This document shows, in pieces, positions 38,993-50,670 of a DNA stretch of 64,000 bases. Numbering within the stretch: position 1 is the first letter of the stretch; the number at the start of each line of letters is the position of its first letter. The position numbers and the translations under genes are program-made. The DNA is from an uncultured Chloroflexia bacterium. GTDB lineage: Bacteria > Chloroflexota > Chloroflexia > Thermomicrobiales > UBA6265. The stretch lies in the NCBI GenBank assembly GCA_963724295.1, contig CAVRUC010000013.1:1-64000 (forward strand), given 5' to 3'. The notes under the pieces were generated by a model. That model did not search any database, was not told where the DNA came from, and worked only from the letters and a program-made list of their open reading frames with translations.

Positions 38993-39376
38993 CTAGTAGA
39001 CCTCATGCTCGTCGGCGGAGCGGTCGATCTGCCAGTAACGCGCATCCAGCGGGTCGACACCGGCCCGTTGCATCTCCCGCGGCACGCTGTTCCAGACGGT
39101 CGGGAAGGAGAACAGCTCGCGGCCATCGACAACTACGCGTCGAGCCGTGCCAAAAGGCTTGTTGACGGCGAAGATCTCGCGCGGTGGCCGGGAGATCACT
39201 TCGGTCTGGAACCAGCCGTGCTCGGGACAACGCCCGGCGTGTAACTGCCAGAAGAGATCGGCCGTGACACCACCGATGTCCCGCACCAGGGTGTCTTCGA
39301 GCTCGCGGTCACAGATCGGGCAGCGCATCGGCGTGCTGACGTTCACCCGGTCGCGGGGTGGAAATTTGCCGTCCAT
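38993..39376 (-). CDS. Hypothetical zinc-binding protein
   Basis: CPIC...CPEH. Confidence 0.65.
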   Translation of the reverse strand: MDGKFPPRDRVNVSTPMRCPICDRELEDTLVRDIGGVTADLFWQLHAGRCPEHGWFQTEVISRPPREIFAVNKPFGTARRVVVDGRELFSFPTVWNSVPREMQRAGVDPLDARYWQIDRSADEHEVY

Positions 39377-39616
39377 AGGTACGTGTTTCGCTCCGTGGCA
39401 GTGGGATGGGACGCGCGACGTTCCTGGAACGCGCATCCCGACAAGCGAGACGACTGACGGGAGTCTAGCACCGGCCCGTAGCCCGGACGACTACGATGGC
39501 GAGCAATTGGCGCGTCCATCAGCAGGTGGTACGATCCTGCGCCAGAACACGCCCCGGCGCCTGGTTCGGCGCGGTCAGACGACCCACACGGGCGCGGTGG
39601 TAGACAGAGGTGAGAC

Positions 39617-40072
39617 ATGAGCGAGCAGGAGCTTTTCAACGGTTTGATCGCGACCTATCGCGACCTCAACCTCAAGGTACGGCCGCTCCCCGATGAGCGC
39701 CTGACCCTCGGCGGAGCGGGGGGCTCGGTCCGCGACGTGGCCCTCACGATGCGCGATCACGAGCTGCGCTTCTCTCAGGCGCTGAAAGACCGCCTCAGCG
39801 GTGTCAGCCTCTCCGGCGCATTCGGTGACAAGGGCGAGACCATGCTGATCGAGATCCCCTCGCCCGATGATACGACCGTGGAGGTGATCTCCCAGTTCGG
39901 CACCGCGCGGGAGTCGACGCTTGCCATGTTGCGGGGCATGTCTCCGGAAATCTGGGATGACCGCGAGCACGGTCCGACGACGGTCCGGGAAGCGACCGAA
40001 GATTTGCTCGCCAGCGACGGCGTCCATCTCGAGAAGATCGTCAACCTGCTCGGGTCTCCGTCAGCGAACTGA
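39617..40072 (+). CDS. DinB-like helical protein
   Basis: GAGGTG RBS; SVRDVAL...FGTARESTLAML pattern. Confidence 0.6.
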   Translation: MSEQELFNGLIATYRDLNLKVRPLPDERLTLGGAGGSVRDVALTMRDHELRFSQALKDRLSGVSLSGAFGDKGETMLIEIPSPDDTTVEVISQFGTARESTLAMLRGMSPEIWDDREHGPTTVREATEDLLASDGVHLEKIVNLLGSPSAN

Positions 40073-40131
40073 CGAGACCAATTGACCGCGCTCGACCCTG
40101 GCAGGTATCGATGCCTGCTGGGGTGGCGTCA

Positions 40132-41301
40132 TCAGCTGTCCTGACGTCCCGCCAGCGTGACCTCGAACTGAAGTTCTTCATTTCCGCGCCGCGCCGTGAC
40201 GGTGACGGTGTCTCCCGGTGACTGTGCGAACAGCGCTTCGGTGAAGGTCGTCTGGCCCTGGATAGGCTGGTCGCCAATGCCGAGGATGATGTCTCCCCGC
40301 CGGATTCCCGCCTGCTCCGCCGGACCTCCCTGGACGGTCGTCAGGACATAGGCGCCGTAGTCGACCGGGAGATCGTTCTGGGCGGCCAGGTCGGGCGAGA
40401 TCGGTTGATACTCAATCCCAATGTATGGATAGGAGACCTGCCCGTTCTCGATGATCTGGCTGGCGACATCGGCGACGTGGTTGGATGGAATGGCGAAGAA
40501 TAATCCCTGCACCGGTGTGACCCCTGATTGCGGTATGCCGAGCGTGTTGACACCGATCACCCGGCCCGCCAGGTCGAACAATGGGCCACCCGAGTTACCC
40601 GGGTTGATCGCCGCGTCGTGCTGGATGAGATCGGTGTAGATCCCCTCGCCAGCCATCCCCGCGCTAGTGGGAAAATCGCGGTTGAGCGCGCTGACGACAC
40701 CGCTGGTGACGGTTCCGGTGAACTCTCCGAGAGGAGAGCCGATAGCCAGCACCGGCTGCCCCTGTCGCAAGCTATCCGAATCGCCGAACGTGACCGTCGA
40801 CGGCGGTGGTCCATCCACACGCACGACAGCGAGGTCGCTCAACGGGTCGGCTCCGACCAGGGTGGCATCCCGCTTCTCGCCATCGGCGAGGATCACTTCA
40901 AACCCGGTGCCACCGCGGACGACGTGCTCATTCGTCACGATGTTGCCGGAGCCGTCGATGATGAACCCGGTGCCACGACCCGCTTCGACTTCGGTTTCGC
41001 CAAAGATCCCTTCGTTAAACCGCTGCTCGTTGATCACTGTGACGACAGCCGGTCTGACCCGCTCGACGATTTGCGAAGCATCGAAGGTGACGACATAGAT
41101 CTGGCCCGGGTCGCCCGCGCCAGAAGCGGGGCTGGCGACGACGACCGCGCCAACGTCCTCCAGGTTGACCGTGACCGGCACCGCGGTCGGGGTCGGTGGC
41201 GGGGTTGGCGCCGGCGCCGTATCCTGCACTGGCGCGCAGGCCGCCAGCACAACCAGTGCCGCAACCACTCCCGGAAGGAGCAGGAGCCGAGTCGTCTTCA
41301 C
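40132..41301 (-). CDS. HtrA/DegP-like serine protease with PDZ domain, lipoprotein
   Basis: LAAC lipobox; TNEHVV, DLAV, INPGNSGGPL; C-terminal PDZ. Confidence 0.92.
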   Translation of the reverse strand: MKTTRLLLLPGVVAALVVLAACAPVQDTAPAPTPPPTPTAVPVTVNLEDVGAVVVASPASGAGDPGQIYVVTFDASQIVERVRPAVVTVINEQRFNEGIFGETEVEAGRGTGFIIDGSGNIVTNEHVVRGGTGFEVILADGEKRDATLVGADPLSDLAVVRVDGPPPSTVTFGDSDSLRQGQPVLAIGSPLGEFTGTVTSGVVSALNRDFPTSAGMAGEGIYTDLIQHDAAINPGNSGGPLFDLAGRVIGVNTLGIPQSGVTPVQGLFFAIPSNHVADVASQIIENGQVSYPYIGIEYQPISPDLAAQNDLPVDYGAYVLTTVQGGPAEQAGIRRGDIILGIGDQPIQGQTTFTEALFAQSPGDTVTVTARRGNEELQFEVTLAGRQDS

Positions 41302-41464
41302 ACGTTTCTCCCTCGAACGGGTCTGCCGGTCGCCTGCGCGACGCACGCTGATAACCCCAATACGGATCTAGCCAAGCAATCCTCGCAAGAGCGGCGCGTT
41401 ATGACCGTCCGGAATACGCTTGCATCCGGAACCTCGGAGTCGGCGCTCGAGCGCGGGAGTTCCC

Positions 41465-42250
41465 ATGGCACCCGACCGATCGCAATTTTCGGGCCGCGAA
41501 CGCCTTTCTCCTCCAGTCGATGTCGATCCCGCCCGCGTGCACGATGACCATGCCAGCTGGCTGCAGCGCTCACGCGCCGCCTGGGACGCCCGCGCCGAGC
41601 GTTGGGACGCCCGCGCCGAGGTCAATGCCCTGGCGCCAGACCGCGCTGCTGAGCTCGATCGCATCTGGGATGCCCTGCGGCTAGGCCGGGATGCGCGCGT
41701 CCTCGATGTCGGCTGTGGCAGCGGCCAGTGGGCCATCGCGCTTGCCGAGCGCGGCGCGCGCGTGACGGCGATCGATCTCTCTCCCGAGATGATTCGCCTC
41801 GCTCGCGATCACGCCAGCGCACGCGGCCAGGACATCGAGTGGCGGACGGGCGATGTCACCCGGCTCGCCGATCCGCTGGCCGTCTTCGATGCGATCCATG
41901 CTCGCATGCTCCTCCAGTTCGTTCCGGACGTGCCTGGAACGCTGCGCGAGCTGCGGCGCGTCCTGAGACCCGGAGGCAGGCTGCTGGCGAGCGTGCCTGG
42001 AGCGCTCTCGCCGATCTACCGCGCCTCGTGGATGCGCCATCTCCCAGGCGGAGATCCCGGGAACAACTATCTGCTGCCCTGGGAACTGGAAAACCTGTTG
42101 CTGGAGTATGGCTGGCGCGTCATCGACGGCTGGGGCGAATGGGGTGACGACCTGTACGGCACGGCCAATGACGCGGCGCCGTCGCTGCGCCGCGCGGAAC
42201 GCGGCTTGCAGCAAGCGACCGCCACGACCTGGACCACAATTGCCGTCTGA
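41465..42250 (+). CDS. Class I SAM-dependent methyltransferase
   Basis: VLDVGCGSG, IDLSPEM, LRPGG. Confidence 0.88.
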   Translation: MAPDRSQFSGRERLSPPVDVDPARVHDDHASWLQRSRAAWDARAERWDARAEVNALAPDRAAELDRIWDALRLGRDARVLDVGCGSGQWAIALAERGARVTAIDLSPEMIRLARDHASARGQDIEWRTGDVTRLADPLAVFDAIHARMLLQFVPDVPGTLRELRRVLRPGGRLLASVPGALSPIYRASWMRHLPGGDPGNNYLLPWELENLLLEYGWRVIDGWGEWGDDLYGTANDAAPSLRRAERGLQQATATTWTTIAV

Positions 42251-42304
42251 TCCGCGGCTCGTCGTTCCTGCACGTCCGCTTCTCAGGCCACTACAATCGC
42301 CGCT

Positions 42305-43441
42305 ATGTCCGGACTCATGCTTGCCCTTCCCACCAACCCGCCCCAACGCCTGAGGAGAACCGGCGACTGGACTCGGCGGGCGTTGCGGAAGGCTCCGCGG
42401 CTCATGCGTGCCGTGATCGGGACGTCAATCGCCATTGGTCTCGGATTGAGCCAGGCAGGCGTGGTCGCCACAGCCCAGGAGGGGACGCCGGCAGTCGCTT
42501 CAGCGATCGGTCTCTCGCGCGCCAATCCAGTTCCCCTGGGAGAACCGGCGCAGGCGGGACCGGTCGAGCTCCAGGTCCTTGACGTCCTCAGCGGACCAGA
42601 GGCGGTCGCCTCCGTGCTGGCGGCCTCACCCACGAATGTCGAGCCGCGGGATGGGTTCACCTTCGTCGCCGTCAATCTTTCCGTCCGCAATACCGGGAGC
42701 CAGCCTCTCTCGCTGGACAATGACGATTTTGCCGTGACCGGCGATTCGGGTCTGGTATGGCGTTTTCTGGGCGCGCGGCCACCCGAACCGGCGCTGGACG
42801 CTACGCTGAATCCGGGTGAGTCGAGCGAAGGATGGGTGGCTTTCGGCATTCCCGCCGAAGAAAGCTCGCTCCTGTTGATCTTCGATTGCCTGGAGCTTGG
42901 CGGCTCGTGGGCCGACCGGGTGCTGGCCCTTCAGGACGGCGCCCGGATCCCCGATCTATCCCAGCCCATAGCGGCGCCCAATGACGCCGGAACCGACTTC
43001 AGCACCGCGCTCGGCACCGGCGAACCCGCGGTGACCGATCAGTGGTCCGTCGAATTGCTGGACGTCGTCACCGCTGAGACCGCGTTCGATCTGGTCGACT
43101 ATCGCTCGGGTGCGCTCGGCGCTGGCGATGCGACCGGGGAGGACGGATCGGTTTGGATCGCCTTGCGATTCCGGATCCAGAATGTGGCGGCTGGGGGTGA
43201 GCTGGCGTACTTCCCGGCGAACGCGTTCGTCCTCGTCGATGATGCCGGGAATCCCCTCCTGGACGTCGCCACGCTGACCCCACCCCGACCCGACGCCGCG
43301 GGCGGTTATTACCCCGGTGCCCAGCGCGAAGGCTGGGTCATGTTCGATGTCCCGCTGGACTACACCGCGGCGACCGTCCGGTTTCTCCCCTTCGCGCACA
43401 CCTCGACCTCACTCGATCCCCGCTTCTTCTCCTTCGGCTGA
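42305..43441 (+). CDS. Secreted protein with two DUF4352-like Ig domains
   Basis: Signal peptide; SRANPVPLG; duplicated V.N...F...PG...EGWV.F.P units. Confidence 0.7.
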   Translation: MSGLMLALPTNPPQRLRRTGDWTRRALRKAPRLMRAVIGTSIAIGLGLSQAGVVATAQEGTPAVASAIGLSRANPVPLGEPAQAGPVELQVLDVLSGPEAVASVLAASPTNVEPRDGFTFVAVNLSVRNTGSQPLSLDNDDFAVTGDSGLVWRFLGARPPEPALDATLNPGESSEGWVAFGIPAEESSLLLIFDCLELGGSWADRVLALQDGARIPDLSQPIAAPNDAGTDFSTALGTGEPAVTDQWSVELLDVVTAETAFDLVDYRSGALGAGDATGEDGSVWIALRFRIQNVAAGGELAYFPANAFVLVDDAGNPLLDVATLTPPRPDAAGGYYPGAQREGWVMFDVPLDYTAATVRFLPFAHTSTSLDPRFFSFG

Positions 43442-43631
43442 TTGACCGGGTCTCTGCAGCCTTTGCCATCTTTGCAACCTTCCATAACAATCGCCCGGCT
43501 GGAGCATGCCGGCGCTGATACCCGGTCAGAGCGAGTGCGGTCCGCATGCACGGTGGCCGGAATCATAGGGATCGCCCAGCGCCGGCCCCGGCGCTGGGCG
43601 ATCGAGACGGTCACGGTTGGCCGCGGCTTGC

Positions 43632-45717
43632 CTACCAGATGACGATGCGCTGCTCGGGCGGGAGATACATCGGATCTCCGGGCTCGATGCCGAAGGCCGC
43701 GAAGAACTCGTCCATATTGCGCGCTGGCTGTACCGCGCGAACCTGCGCCGGAGCGTGTGGATCGGTATTGACCAGCGTGGCCAGGAATTCGTCGCGCGCC
43801 TTCTCGGCCCATCGGTACGCGTTGGCGATAAAGAAGCGCTGATCCTGGGTGAGCCCCTCGATCAGACCCGGGTCGCCTTCCTCGGCAAGCGCGGCCTGGA
43901 GTGCGTCATGGGCGATCTGCAACCCGCCCATATCCGCGATGTTCTCACCGATGGTCAGCTCGCCATCGACGAAGACATCAGGCAGAACTTCCACCTCGTC
44001 GTACTGAGCCACGACTCGATCCGTGAGCGCCGTGAACCGCTCGGTATCCTCCGGCGTCCACCAATTGACAAGGTTGCCGTTGGCATCAAACTTCGAACCG
44101 CTCTGGTCGAACGCGTGCGTAATCTCGTGGCCGATGGTGCCGCCGATGCCGCCATAGTTGTACGCAAGATCGGCTTGATAATCGAAAAATGGAGGTTGCA
44201 GGATCGCGGCGGGGAAGACGATCTCATTGTTCGTGGGCGAGTAGTAGGCGTTCACCGTTTGCGGCAGCATCCCCCACTCGTCGCGATCGACCGGCCCACC
44301 AACGCGGGCGAGATCCCGCTTGTACTCAGCGATGCTCGCGCTGAGCACGGACTCAACGTAGGAATCGCCGATCGTGACATTCTCATAGGTGCGCCACGTG
44401 TCGGGATAGCCAACCTTGACGCGCATGGTGTCGAGCTTCGCCAGCGCCTCTGCCTTCGTTTCCGGCGACATCCAATCAAGCGTTTCGATGCGCGCACGCG
44501 TGGCTGCCTTGATGTGATCGACGAGCTCCTCGATCTGGGCCTTCGCCTCCGGCGGGAAGTACTCCTCGACGTAGAGCTTGCCAAGCGCTTCGCCGAGGGC
44601 GCCATTGACCGCTCCCAGCGCCTGCTCCTCGTCGGGACTCTGCTCCTCGACGCCATACAGCGTCGTGCCATAGAAGGAGAAGGCGGTGTCGTCCATCTCC
44701 TTGGTCAGTGCTGACGCGGTATTCCAGAGTACCTGCAGCCTCAGGTACTCCTTGATCGTTTCGAGATCGGTGGAGTTGACGATGTCGTCGATGGCGTCCA
44801 GATACGCCTCCTGGGTGACGACGACGGTTTCCTGATCGGCGACGCCCAGGATCTCGAGGAACGCCGGCCAGTTGAAGTCAGGGTTGGCCGCGATCAGATC
44901 CGCCACAGGCCGGGGGTGGTAGTAGTTCGCCGGATCGTTGGCGTCGGCGGGGCGCAGAAAGAGGTTCGGCCAGTCGCTTCTCGAAGTCATAAACACGCTG
45001 CGCCGCGGCGGTTGCTTCGGCCTCATCGTAGCCGGCGAAGCCGAGCAGCTTGGCGCTCGTTGCGCGGTAGGCCTCGCGGATCGGCTCGTTGGCCGCGTCA
45101 TCCTCCCAGTAATAGTCACGATTGGGCAAGCCAAGGGCCGGGCCACCGTACCAGAGGGTGTAGATCGAGCTGTCCTGCAGATCAACCCCGGGTGAGACAC
45201 CATAAAGCCCGGAGGCATTCGTCGTCAGTACGCCTTCGCGAAGGAAGGCATAGAGCTCGTCGAGCGTAGAAATCGCATCGATTCTGGCCAGGTCACCGGC
45301 GATCGGCTCGATACCCTGGGCATTCCGGGTGTCGTAGTCGAGCCCCTGGGCGAAGAGCTGGACTGCTTTCCACTCGTCGGAGCCTTCCGGGAGGGTATCC
45401 GAGGCAGAGAGGCGCTTGAGCAACCCGAGGAGTTGGTCGGTGGTGAGCTCGTCGATCTCGTCGCTGATGCCAAAGGCGGCACGATCCGCGGGAATCGCCG
45501 CCGTGTCTTGCCAGCGACCGGTGGCGTAGCGATAGAAATCCTTACCCGGCGGGACCGATGGATCCATGGCGGCGAGCAATGATCCATGAGCCACGCTTGC
45601 GACCGGTGGCGCGGGGAGTGGAGCGGGAGTTGGGATCTGCGCTGCCAGCGCGCGGGGGACACCACATATTACGGTAATGCAGAGCAATAGGAATATCAGA
45701 CGAAAGGCACGGAGCAT
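43632..45717 (-). CDS. M13 family metallopeptidase (PepO/neprilysin-like; frameshift near 44960)
   Basis: DFYRYATG, GLPNRDYY, VNAYY, GHEITHAFD, ENIADMGG. Confidence 0.9.
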
Positions 45718-45863
45718 ACGGGTCTCCCTGGACGTGCGTGACGTAAGGCGGCGGGCAGGAGATAGGGTAGCCCGTAACCTTCAAGAAGGGCTACAAACTG
45801 GGTCGAACCTTGCACGTGCGGCGTTGTGATTCTCGCGGTGAACCGGGAAAGGAGATCTCGTCC

Positions 45864-46709
45864 ATGGTTGGCCGTCCCTGGACTTACGTGCCGGCAGAGC
45901 CGGCGGCAATCGCCGTTGATCGGTCGTTCTACGAGCGGATTGCCATCGAGACCGATGGGCGGACATTGACTCATCAACACGTCGTGCCCATTCGCAGTGG
46001 TTACGCCTGGCCGGTGCGAGCCGGGCAGGTTTGCCGCGTAGTGGCGGTCGAGGGGCCGCAAGTCGTCGATTTCAACGTCTGGAACCTGCACAACCCACGA
46101 GAGCGCTTCTGGGCGGCCCGCACCCGGCAATTGGAGAGCAGCCACCTCACCAACTACAACCGGCTCTGGTCAGTCCTGCCCTACCTGCGCCCGATGCTGA
46201 CGATCACCCGGGAGACGATCCAGTACGGAGAAGACGAGGACGGCGGACGCTGCCACGACCTGCTGGGGTCGCGCTGCGATCCTTACGTGACCAAGATGCT
46301 CATGGGCGAGACCTTCGATTTCAACTGCCACTCCAATTTGACGCGCGCCGTGCTGCCCTGGCATCTCAACGAGTCGGACGTCCACGACGTCCTCAACATC
46401 TTCCAGGTCACGGGGCTCGACGAAGATGACCGCTACTTCATGAAAGCCAGTCCGGCCAGGAAAGGTGATTACTTCGAGTTCCTGGCCGAGATCGATCTAC
46501 TCTGCGCGATCTCGACCTGTCCGGGTGGGGATCTCTCCGTGCCGCTCTGGGGGCCCGACGCCGGCGATCCCCTTCCCACCTGCAAGCCAATCGGCATCGA
46601 GGTCTACGACCTCCCGGACGCGCTGCTCAGGGGCTGGCGCTCCCCTCTGCCATCCGATTACGACGGCTTCTTTGGGCTGAAGCAACCAACCTGGGGCCAA
46701 GACGACTGA
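45864..46709 (+). CDS. DUF1989 / urea carboxylase-associated family protein
   Basis: GPQVVDFN, CHDLLGSRCD, NCHSNL, ISTCPGGD. Confidence 0.85.
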   Translation: MVGRPWTYVPAEPAAIAVDRSFYERIAIETDGRTLTHQHVVPIRSGYAWPVRAGQVCRVVAVEGPQVVDFNVWNLHNPRERFWAARTRQLESSHLTNYNRLWSVLPYLRPMLTITRETIQYGEDEDGGRCHDLLGSRCDPYVTKMLMGETFDFNCHSNLTRAVLPWHLNESDVHDVLNIFQVTGLDEDDRYFMKASPARKGDYFEFLAEIDLLCAISTCPGGDLSVPLWGPDAGDPLPTCKPIGIEVYDLPDALLRGWRSPLPSDYDGFFGLKQPTWGQDD

Positions 46710-46722
46710 GTTGGGCTTCGGC

Positions 46723-47964
46723 TCACGCGCGCTCTGGTCCCATCGGCCGGCCTCCGCCGAGAACCAGGAACACGCCGAGCAGCGCCGCCACCACACCCCC
46801 GGCGACTCCGTAGGCGGGCAGCCAGCCGTACCGCTCCGCGGTCCAGCCGAACAACGGGAAGGCCCAGATCATCGTCACCGAGTAGAGAAAGCCCTCGACC
46901 GAGAGAACCGTGGCCCGCTGGGCGGAGGTGATGGCCATGTTCACACGCCGCGCGATCATCGGCTCGAACGCGCCAGCAAAGAGCTCGGCGACGATCAGTC
47001 CCAGCAGCGCGACCAGGATCGGCGCTCCACCCATGAGCAGGCCCGACCCCGCGATAACCCCGGTCGCGGCCACCGTCCAGAATCGGAAGGTGCGCAGACT
47101 CGCCAGCCGCCCGGACAGCCATGCTCCGATCGCGGTCGTGAACAAGGTGGCGCCGAGCACGAAACCGATCTGCGATGGTGCCAGCCCACGTTCGGCAAGC
47201 ACCGCCTGGGCGTAGAGATGGACCAGCGCGGAGACGGTCCAGAGCGTCGCGGCGAAGACGATCAAAACCAGAAGCTGCCGGTCACCGCGGACGATGCGCA
47301 GTGCCTCGGCGATGGTGCCACGCATCCCCTGCCTCGCTGGCGGACGTTGTGGCTCCCGGAGACTGGCGGCCAGGAACGCGGCAGCCAGCCCCGCGCCAGC
47401 GGCCAGTCCGAATGGCAACGCGTAGTCGCGCTCCGCGAGCGACGCTCCGATCGCCGTGGTCGCCGCTATAGCGACATAGGACACCGAGTTGAGCCTCCCC
47501 AGCAGGCTGGTGAACCGGGTGCCGGCCGGCTCGTCGAGACTGTCAAAGAGAAACGCCTGCTGCGAGCCCGATCGAAATGCATAGGCCGCACCATTGAGAT
47601 ACAGCGCTGGCAGCAGGAGCCAGAGTGAGTCGGCGACAAATATCAGCGCCGTTGAGCCGGCCATCAACAGAGCGCCGGCGGCCATCGACCATTTGCGGCC
47701 GAGTACGTCGGCAAACGACCCGGACGGCAGCTCGAGGGTAATCGGCGCGAGATGGAAAGCCGACTCCGCCAGGCCGATCTCGGCGAGTGAGAAACCCCGG
47801 CTCTGCAGAAAGATGATCCAGATACCCGCGGTGAAGCTGAAATCATTGATGGCCTGAAACGCGTAAAAGCGACGCAGGTCGGTTCCAGGTGGAGCCGCCG
47901 CCGCCGCGGCGATCGTCGCCGCGCTCTCCGCCGGGACGTGTCTGGCTTGTTCCTCGGCGTCCAT
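46723..47964 (-). CDS. MFS transporter
   Basis: ELPSGSFADVLGRK; about 12 TMs. Confidence 0.88.
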   Translation of the reverse strand: MDAEEQARHVPAESAATIAAAAAAPPGTDLRRFYAFQAINDFSFTAGIWIIFLQSRGFSLAEIGLAESAFHLAPITLELPSGSFADVLGRKWSMAAGALLMAGSTALIFVADSLWLLLPALYLNGAAYAFRSGSQQAFLFDSLDEPAGTRFTSLLGRLNSVSYVAIAATTAIGASLAERDYALPFGLAAGAGLAAAFLAASLREPQRPPARQGMRGTIAEALRIVRGDRQLLVLIVFAATLWTVSALVHLYAQAVLAERGLAPSQIGFVLGATLFTTAIGAWLSGRLASLRTFRFWTVAATGVIAGSGLLMGGAPILVALLGLIVAELFAGAFEPMIARRVNMAITSAQRATVLSVEGFLYSVTMIWAFPLFGWTAERYGWLPAYGVAGGVVAALLGVFLVLGGGRPMGPERA

Positions 47965-48095
47965 CCGGCAGTCCTCTTTCTGCGCAGCGCGACGGCTGGC
48001 AGAGTCTAGCAGTGGCGCGGCGCGTTGCCGGAACGACCCAACTGGCTACAATGGTCGTGACCGTTTCGCGCGTATCGGTCCCGCGAGGCGCCAAC

Positions 48096-48368
48096 GTGCC
48101 TGACCTGAAGACACTCTTGCTCATCTGCGCGGTGCTTCTCTGGGCTTGTGTCCAGTATGGTCTGATGGTGTGGGCGCTGCGCGACCTGATGCAGCGACCT
48201 CGCGTGCGCGGCGACAACAAAGTCCTCTGGAGCCTGCTGATTCTGACCGTACCCGTCATCGGAGCGCTCTTCTACGCGGCCGTGGCGCCCGTGACACCGA
48301 TCGCCCGCACGCCGCGGCTGATCGTCCCGCAACGGCGCCTGGCGGCCCATGACGACACGGCCGCCTGA
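48096..48368 (+). CDS. PLDc N-terminal-like small membrane protein
   Basis: ALRDL...[19 protein letters not shown]; start uncertain. Confidence 0.7.
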   Translation: MPDLKTLLLICAVLLWACVQYGLMVWALRDLMQRPRVRGDNKVLWSLLILTVPVIGALFYAAVAPVTPIARTPRLIVPQRRLAAHDDTAA

Positions 48369-49377
48369 TCAGCGACCCGGGCGGGAACGCACGGCACTCT
48401 TTCGCTCGCTTGCGTTCCGCGAGCACGACACCGGCGATCACCCGGAAAACGCGGGGCGGCTCCTCGCGATCGATTCGGAGCTCGAGCGCCTGAATCTCCT
48501 CGGCGGGCGTCCCGAAATCCCGTTTACCGCCGCACCTGACGACGTCCTGGCGCTCGTCCACGACCCTCGCTATATCGCGGGCATACGGGAGTTTTCGGCG
48601 CAGGGCGGCGGCTGGCTGGATGCCGATACCCCCGTCGGCGCGCGCTCGGTCGACATCGCCGCGCTCGCCGCCGGCGCAGGCGTTGCCGCCGTCGACGCTG
48701 CCCTTGACGGCCGGGCACAGCATGTATTCGTCCTCGCCAGACCTCCTGGACACCATGCCACCCCAACCAGGGGCATGGGATTCTGCCTCTTCAACACGAT
48801 CGCCGTTGCCGCCGCGCACGCGCTTCGTCGCGGCCTGGACCGGGTGTTGATCGTCGATTGGGACGTGCACCACGGCAATGGCACCCAGGACGCCTTCTAC
48901 GAGACTGATGAGGTGCTCTTCTGCTCGGTTCACCAATGGCCCCTCTACCCGGGCACGGGGGCCGCGAGCGAGCGCGGCGCTGGACGGGGCGCGGGATACA
49001 CCATTAATGTCCCGCTGGCGGCGGGCGCTGACGACGACGCTTACAGGGAGGTCTTCGACCAACTCATCCTCCCCGCCGCCAACGCATTCCGGCCTCAAAT
49101 CGTTCTGATCTCAGCTGGGTTCGATGCCCATGCGAACGATCCCCTGGCTGGCATGCTGGTGACTGAGCGGGGCTTCGCCAGTCTCGCGCGCCGCGTCGTT
49201 GGGATCGCCGCCGACCATGCGGATGGTCGAGTCGTGGCGTTTCTGGAAGGCGGATATGACCCGCCGGCGCTGGCGGCGAGCGTCGTGGCCACGCTGGCCG
49301 AGCTCGACGGCGACGACGCATCATTGGCTGAGGCACTCGGGTCCAGAGACAGTCGAACGGAGAACAGGGCACGATGA
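48349..49377 (+). CDS. Histone deacetylase family protein
   Basis: [40 protein letters not shown]. Confidence 0.93.
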   Translation: MTTRPPDQRPGRERTALFRSLAFREHDTGDHPENAGRLLAIDSELERLNLLGGRPEIPFTAAPDDVLALVHDPRYIAGIREFSAQGGGWLDADTPVGARSVDIAALAAGAGVAAVDAALDGRAQHVFVLARPPGHHATPTRGMGFCLFNTIAVAAAHALRRGLDRVLIVDWDVHHGNGTQDAFYETDEVLFCSVHQWPLYPGTGAASERGAGRGAGYTINVPLAAGADDDAYREVFDQLILPAANAFRPQIVLISAGFDAHANDPLAGMLVTERGFASLARRVVGIAADHADGRVVAFLEGGYDPPALAASVVATLAELDGDDASLAEALGSRDSRTENRAR

Positions 49378-50519
49378 GCAGTTTGCGGAGTAATGCACAG
49401 CCCCAAGCCGGTCCGGGTGCCTTGCGTCAAGACGACGAGCGGCGGCGGGACGAAGCGCGCCTGAACACTCTGCAGAATCAGGTCGACGAGCTCCGTCAAG
49501 CCATCCGTGAGGTACTCAGCCGTCAGGGTCGCGAAGAGGAGCTCTTCAAGCACTACGAGAGCGCGACCGCCCAAAACAGGATCGCCATCGAGCAACTTCG
49601 CCAGGAGAGCCAACAGAGCGCGCAGGCCCGGGCCCTCGACGAGAACCGCACCCGGCAGCAGGTCAACGACCTCGACGCCAGGCTGGAGGATGTGACACGT
49701 CCGATCCGGTCGCTACAGGCGCACGTGATGGAGCTCGTCGAGGCGGCGCGGCTCAAATCAGACGATACGGCTCAGTACCGCCAGCGCGACGAGGAGCTGC
49801 AAACGCAGATCGAGCATCTGTCCGCCCACGTCGATCGCACCGCGGTCCTCATCCATCAGGTTCGCGATGCGATCGACGGCGCGCGTGAGGAAACGGACGA
49901 ACTGCGCCGCGACGTCGTGCGCGCTGAGGACAGCATCAAGATCGTCGATCAGGATTCTCGCCGTCGGGTCGCCGAGGTCACCCAGGAAGGCGCCACCATT
50001 ACGGCGCGCATCGACGAGTTGCGCTCCGACCTCGGTCATCTCTTCGATCTGGTTGACGACACGCGTCGTTCCATCGTCCACGTCGATCCATCGTTGGAAG
50101 AGCTGCGAGACACGGACGCCGCTATCCGCCAGGAGCTGGGCCGCACTCAGACGCAAGGTGAAGGGCGACACGAGCTGTTGTTGGAGCGGGTCGAGGACAT
50201 GCGCGGAGACATGGACGCGCGGTTCGCCGATGTCCGTCAGGCGCTCGAGCAGCGACACGAGCGGCTAGCCGAGCGGATCGACGATCTGGGCGAAGCTCAC
50301 CGTGAGCTGGGATTTCGCATTAGCCAGCTCAGTGGTCAGCTCGACGAGCTGCGGCTCATCGACGCATCCGTCCGTCGCGACCTGTGGTTGCTCAACGAGC
50401 AGCGCGTCCGCCTGCGCCTCGATCAGGCGCAACAGGAGCTCGACCTCATCGCGAATCAGCGGCGAGACGCCGAGGCGGAGAGCGGCGCCGGCCGCGTGCG
50501 CCGGCCGGGCGATCATTGA
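49374..50519 (+). CDS. Long coiled-coil protein
   Basis: 381 aa, E/R/Q/L-rich heptads; ATGA overlap with the deacetylase gene. Confidence 0.75.
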   Translation: MSSLRSNAQPQAGPGALRQDDERRRDEARLNTLQNQVDELRQAIREVLSRQGREEELFKHYESATAQNRIAIEQLRQESQQSAQARALDENRTRQQVNDLDARLEDVTRPIRSLQAHVMELVEAARLKSDDTAQYRQRDEELQTQIEHLSAHVDRTAVLIHQVRDAIDGAREETDELRRDVVRAEDSIKIVDQDSRRRVAEVTQEGATITARIDELRSDLGHLFDLVDDTRRSIVHVDPSLEELRDTDAAIRQELGRTQTQGEGRHELLLERVEDMRGDMDARFADVRQALEQRHERLAERIDDLGEAHRELGFRISQLSGQLDELRLIDASVRRDLWLLNEQRVRLRLDQAQQELDLIANQRRDAEAESGAGRVRRPGDH

Positions 50520-50634
50520 CCCGCGCCTCTGGAGAGCAGTCGTCGCGCGAACGGACGCGGCAAGAATGGGCCTTGGGGAATGACTTGGAGGCATACCACA
50601 CCCCACCGGCGCACTCGCGCTGAAGCGGCATGGG

Positions 50635-50667
50635 TTGACACTGTGGCGACCCTTTGATAAGGTCGCC
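50635..50667 (+). promoter_or_regulatory. Sigma70-type promoter with an overlapping inverted repeat
   Basis: TTGACA-17 bp-TAAGGT with extended TG; GGCGACC-N9-GGTCGCC spans the -10. Confidence 0.6.
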
Positions 50668-50670
50668 GTA

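Noticed and set aside
45720..45863. Guanidine riboswitch upstream of the DUF1989 gene
   Set aside because: Expected from context, but I could not match guanidine-I, -II or -III consensus elements; only a GTAGCCC/GGGCTAC hairpin is present.
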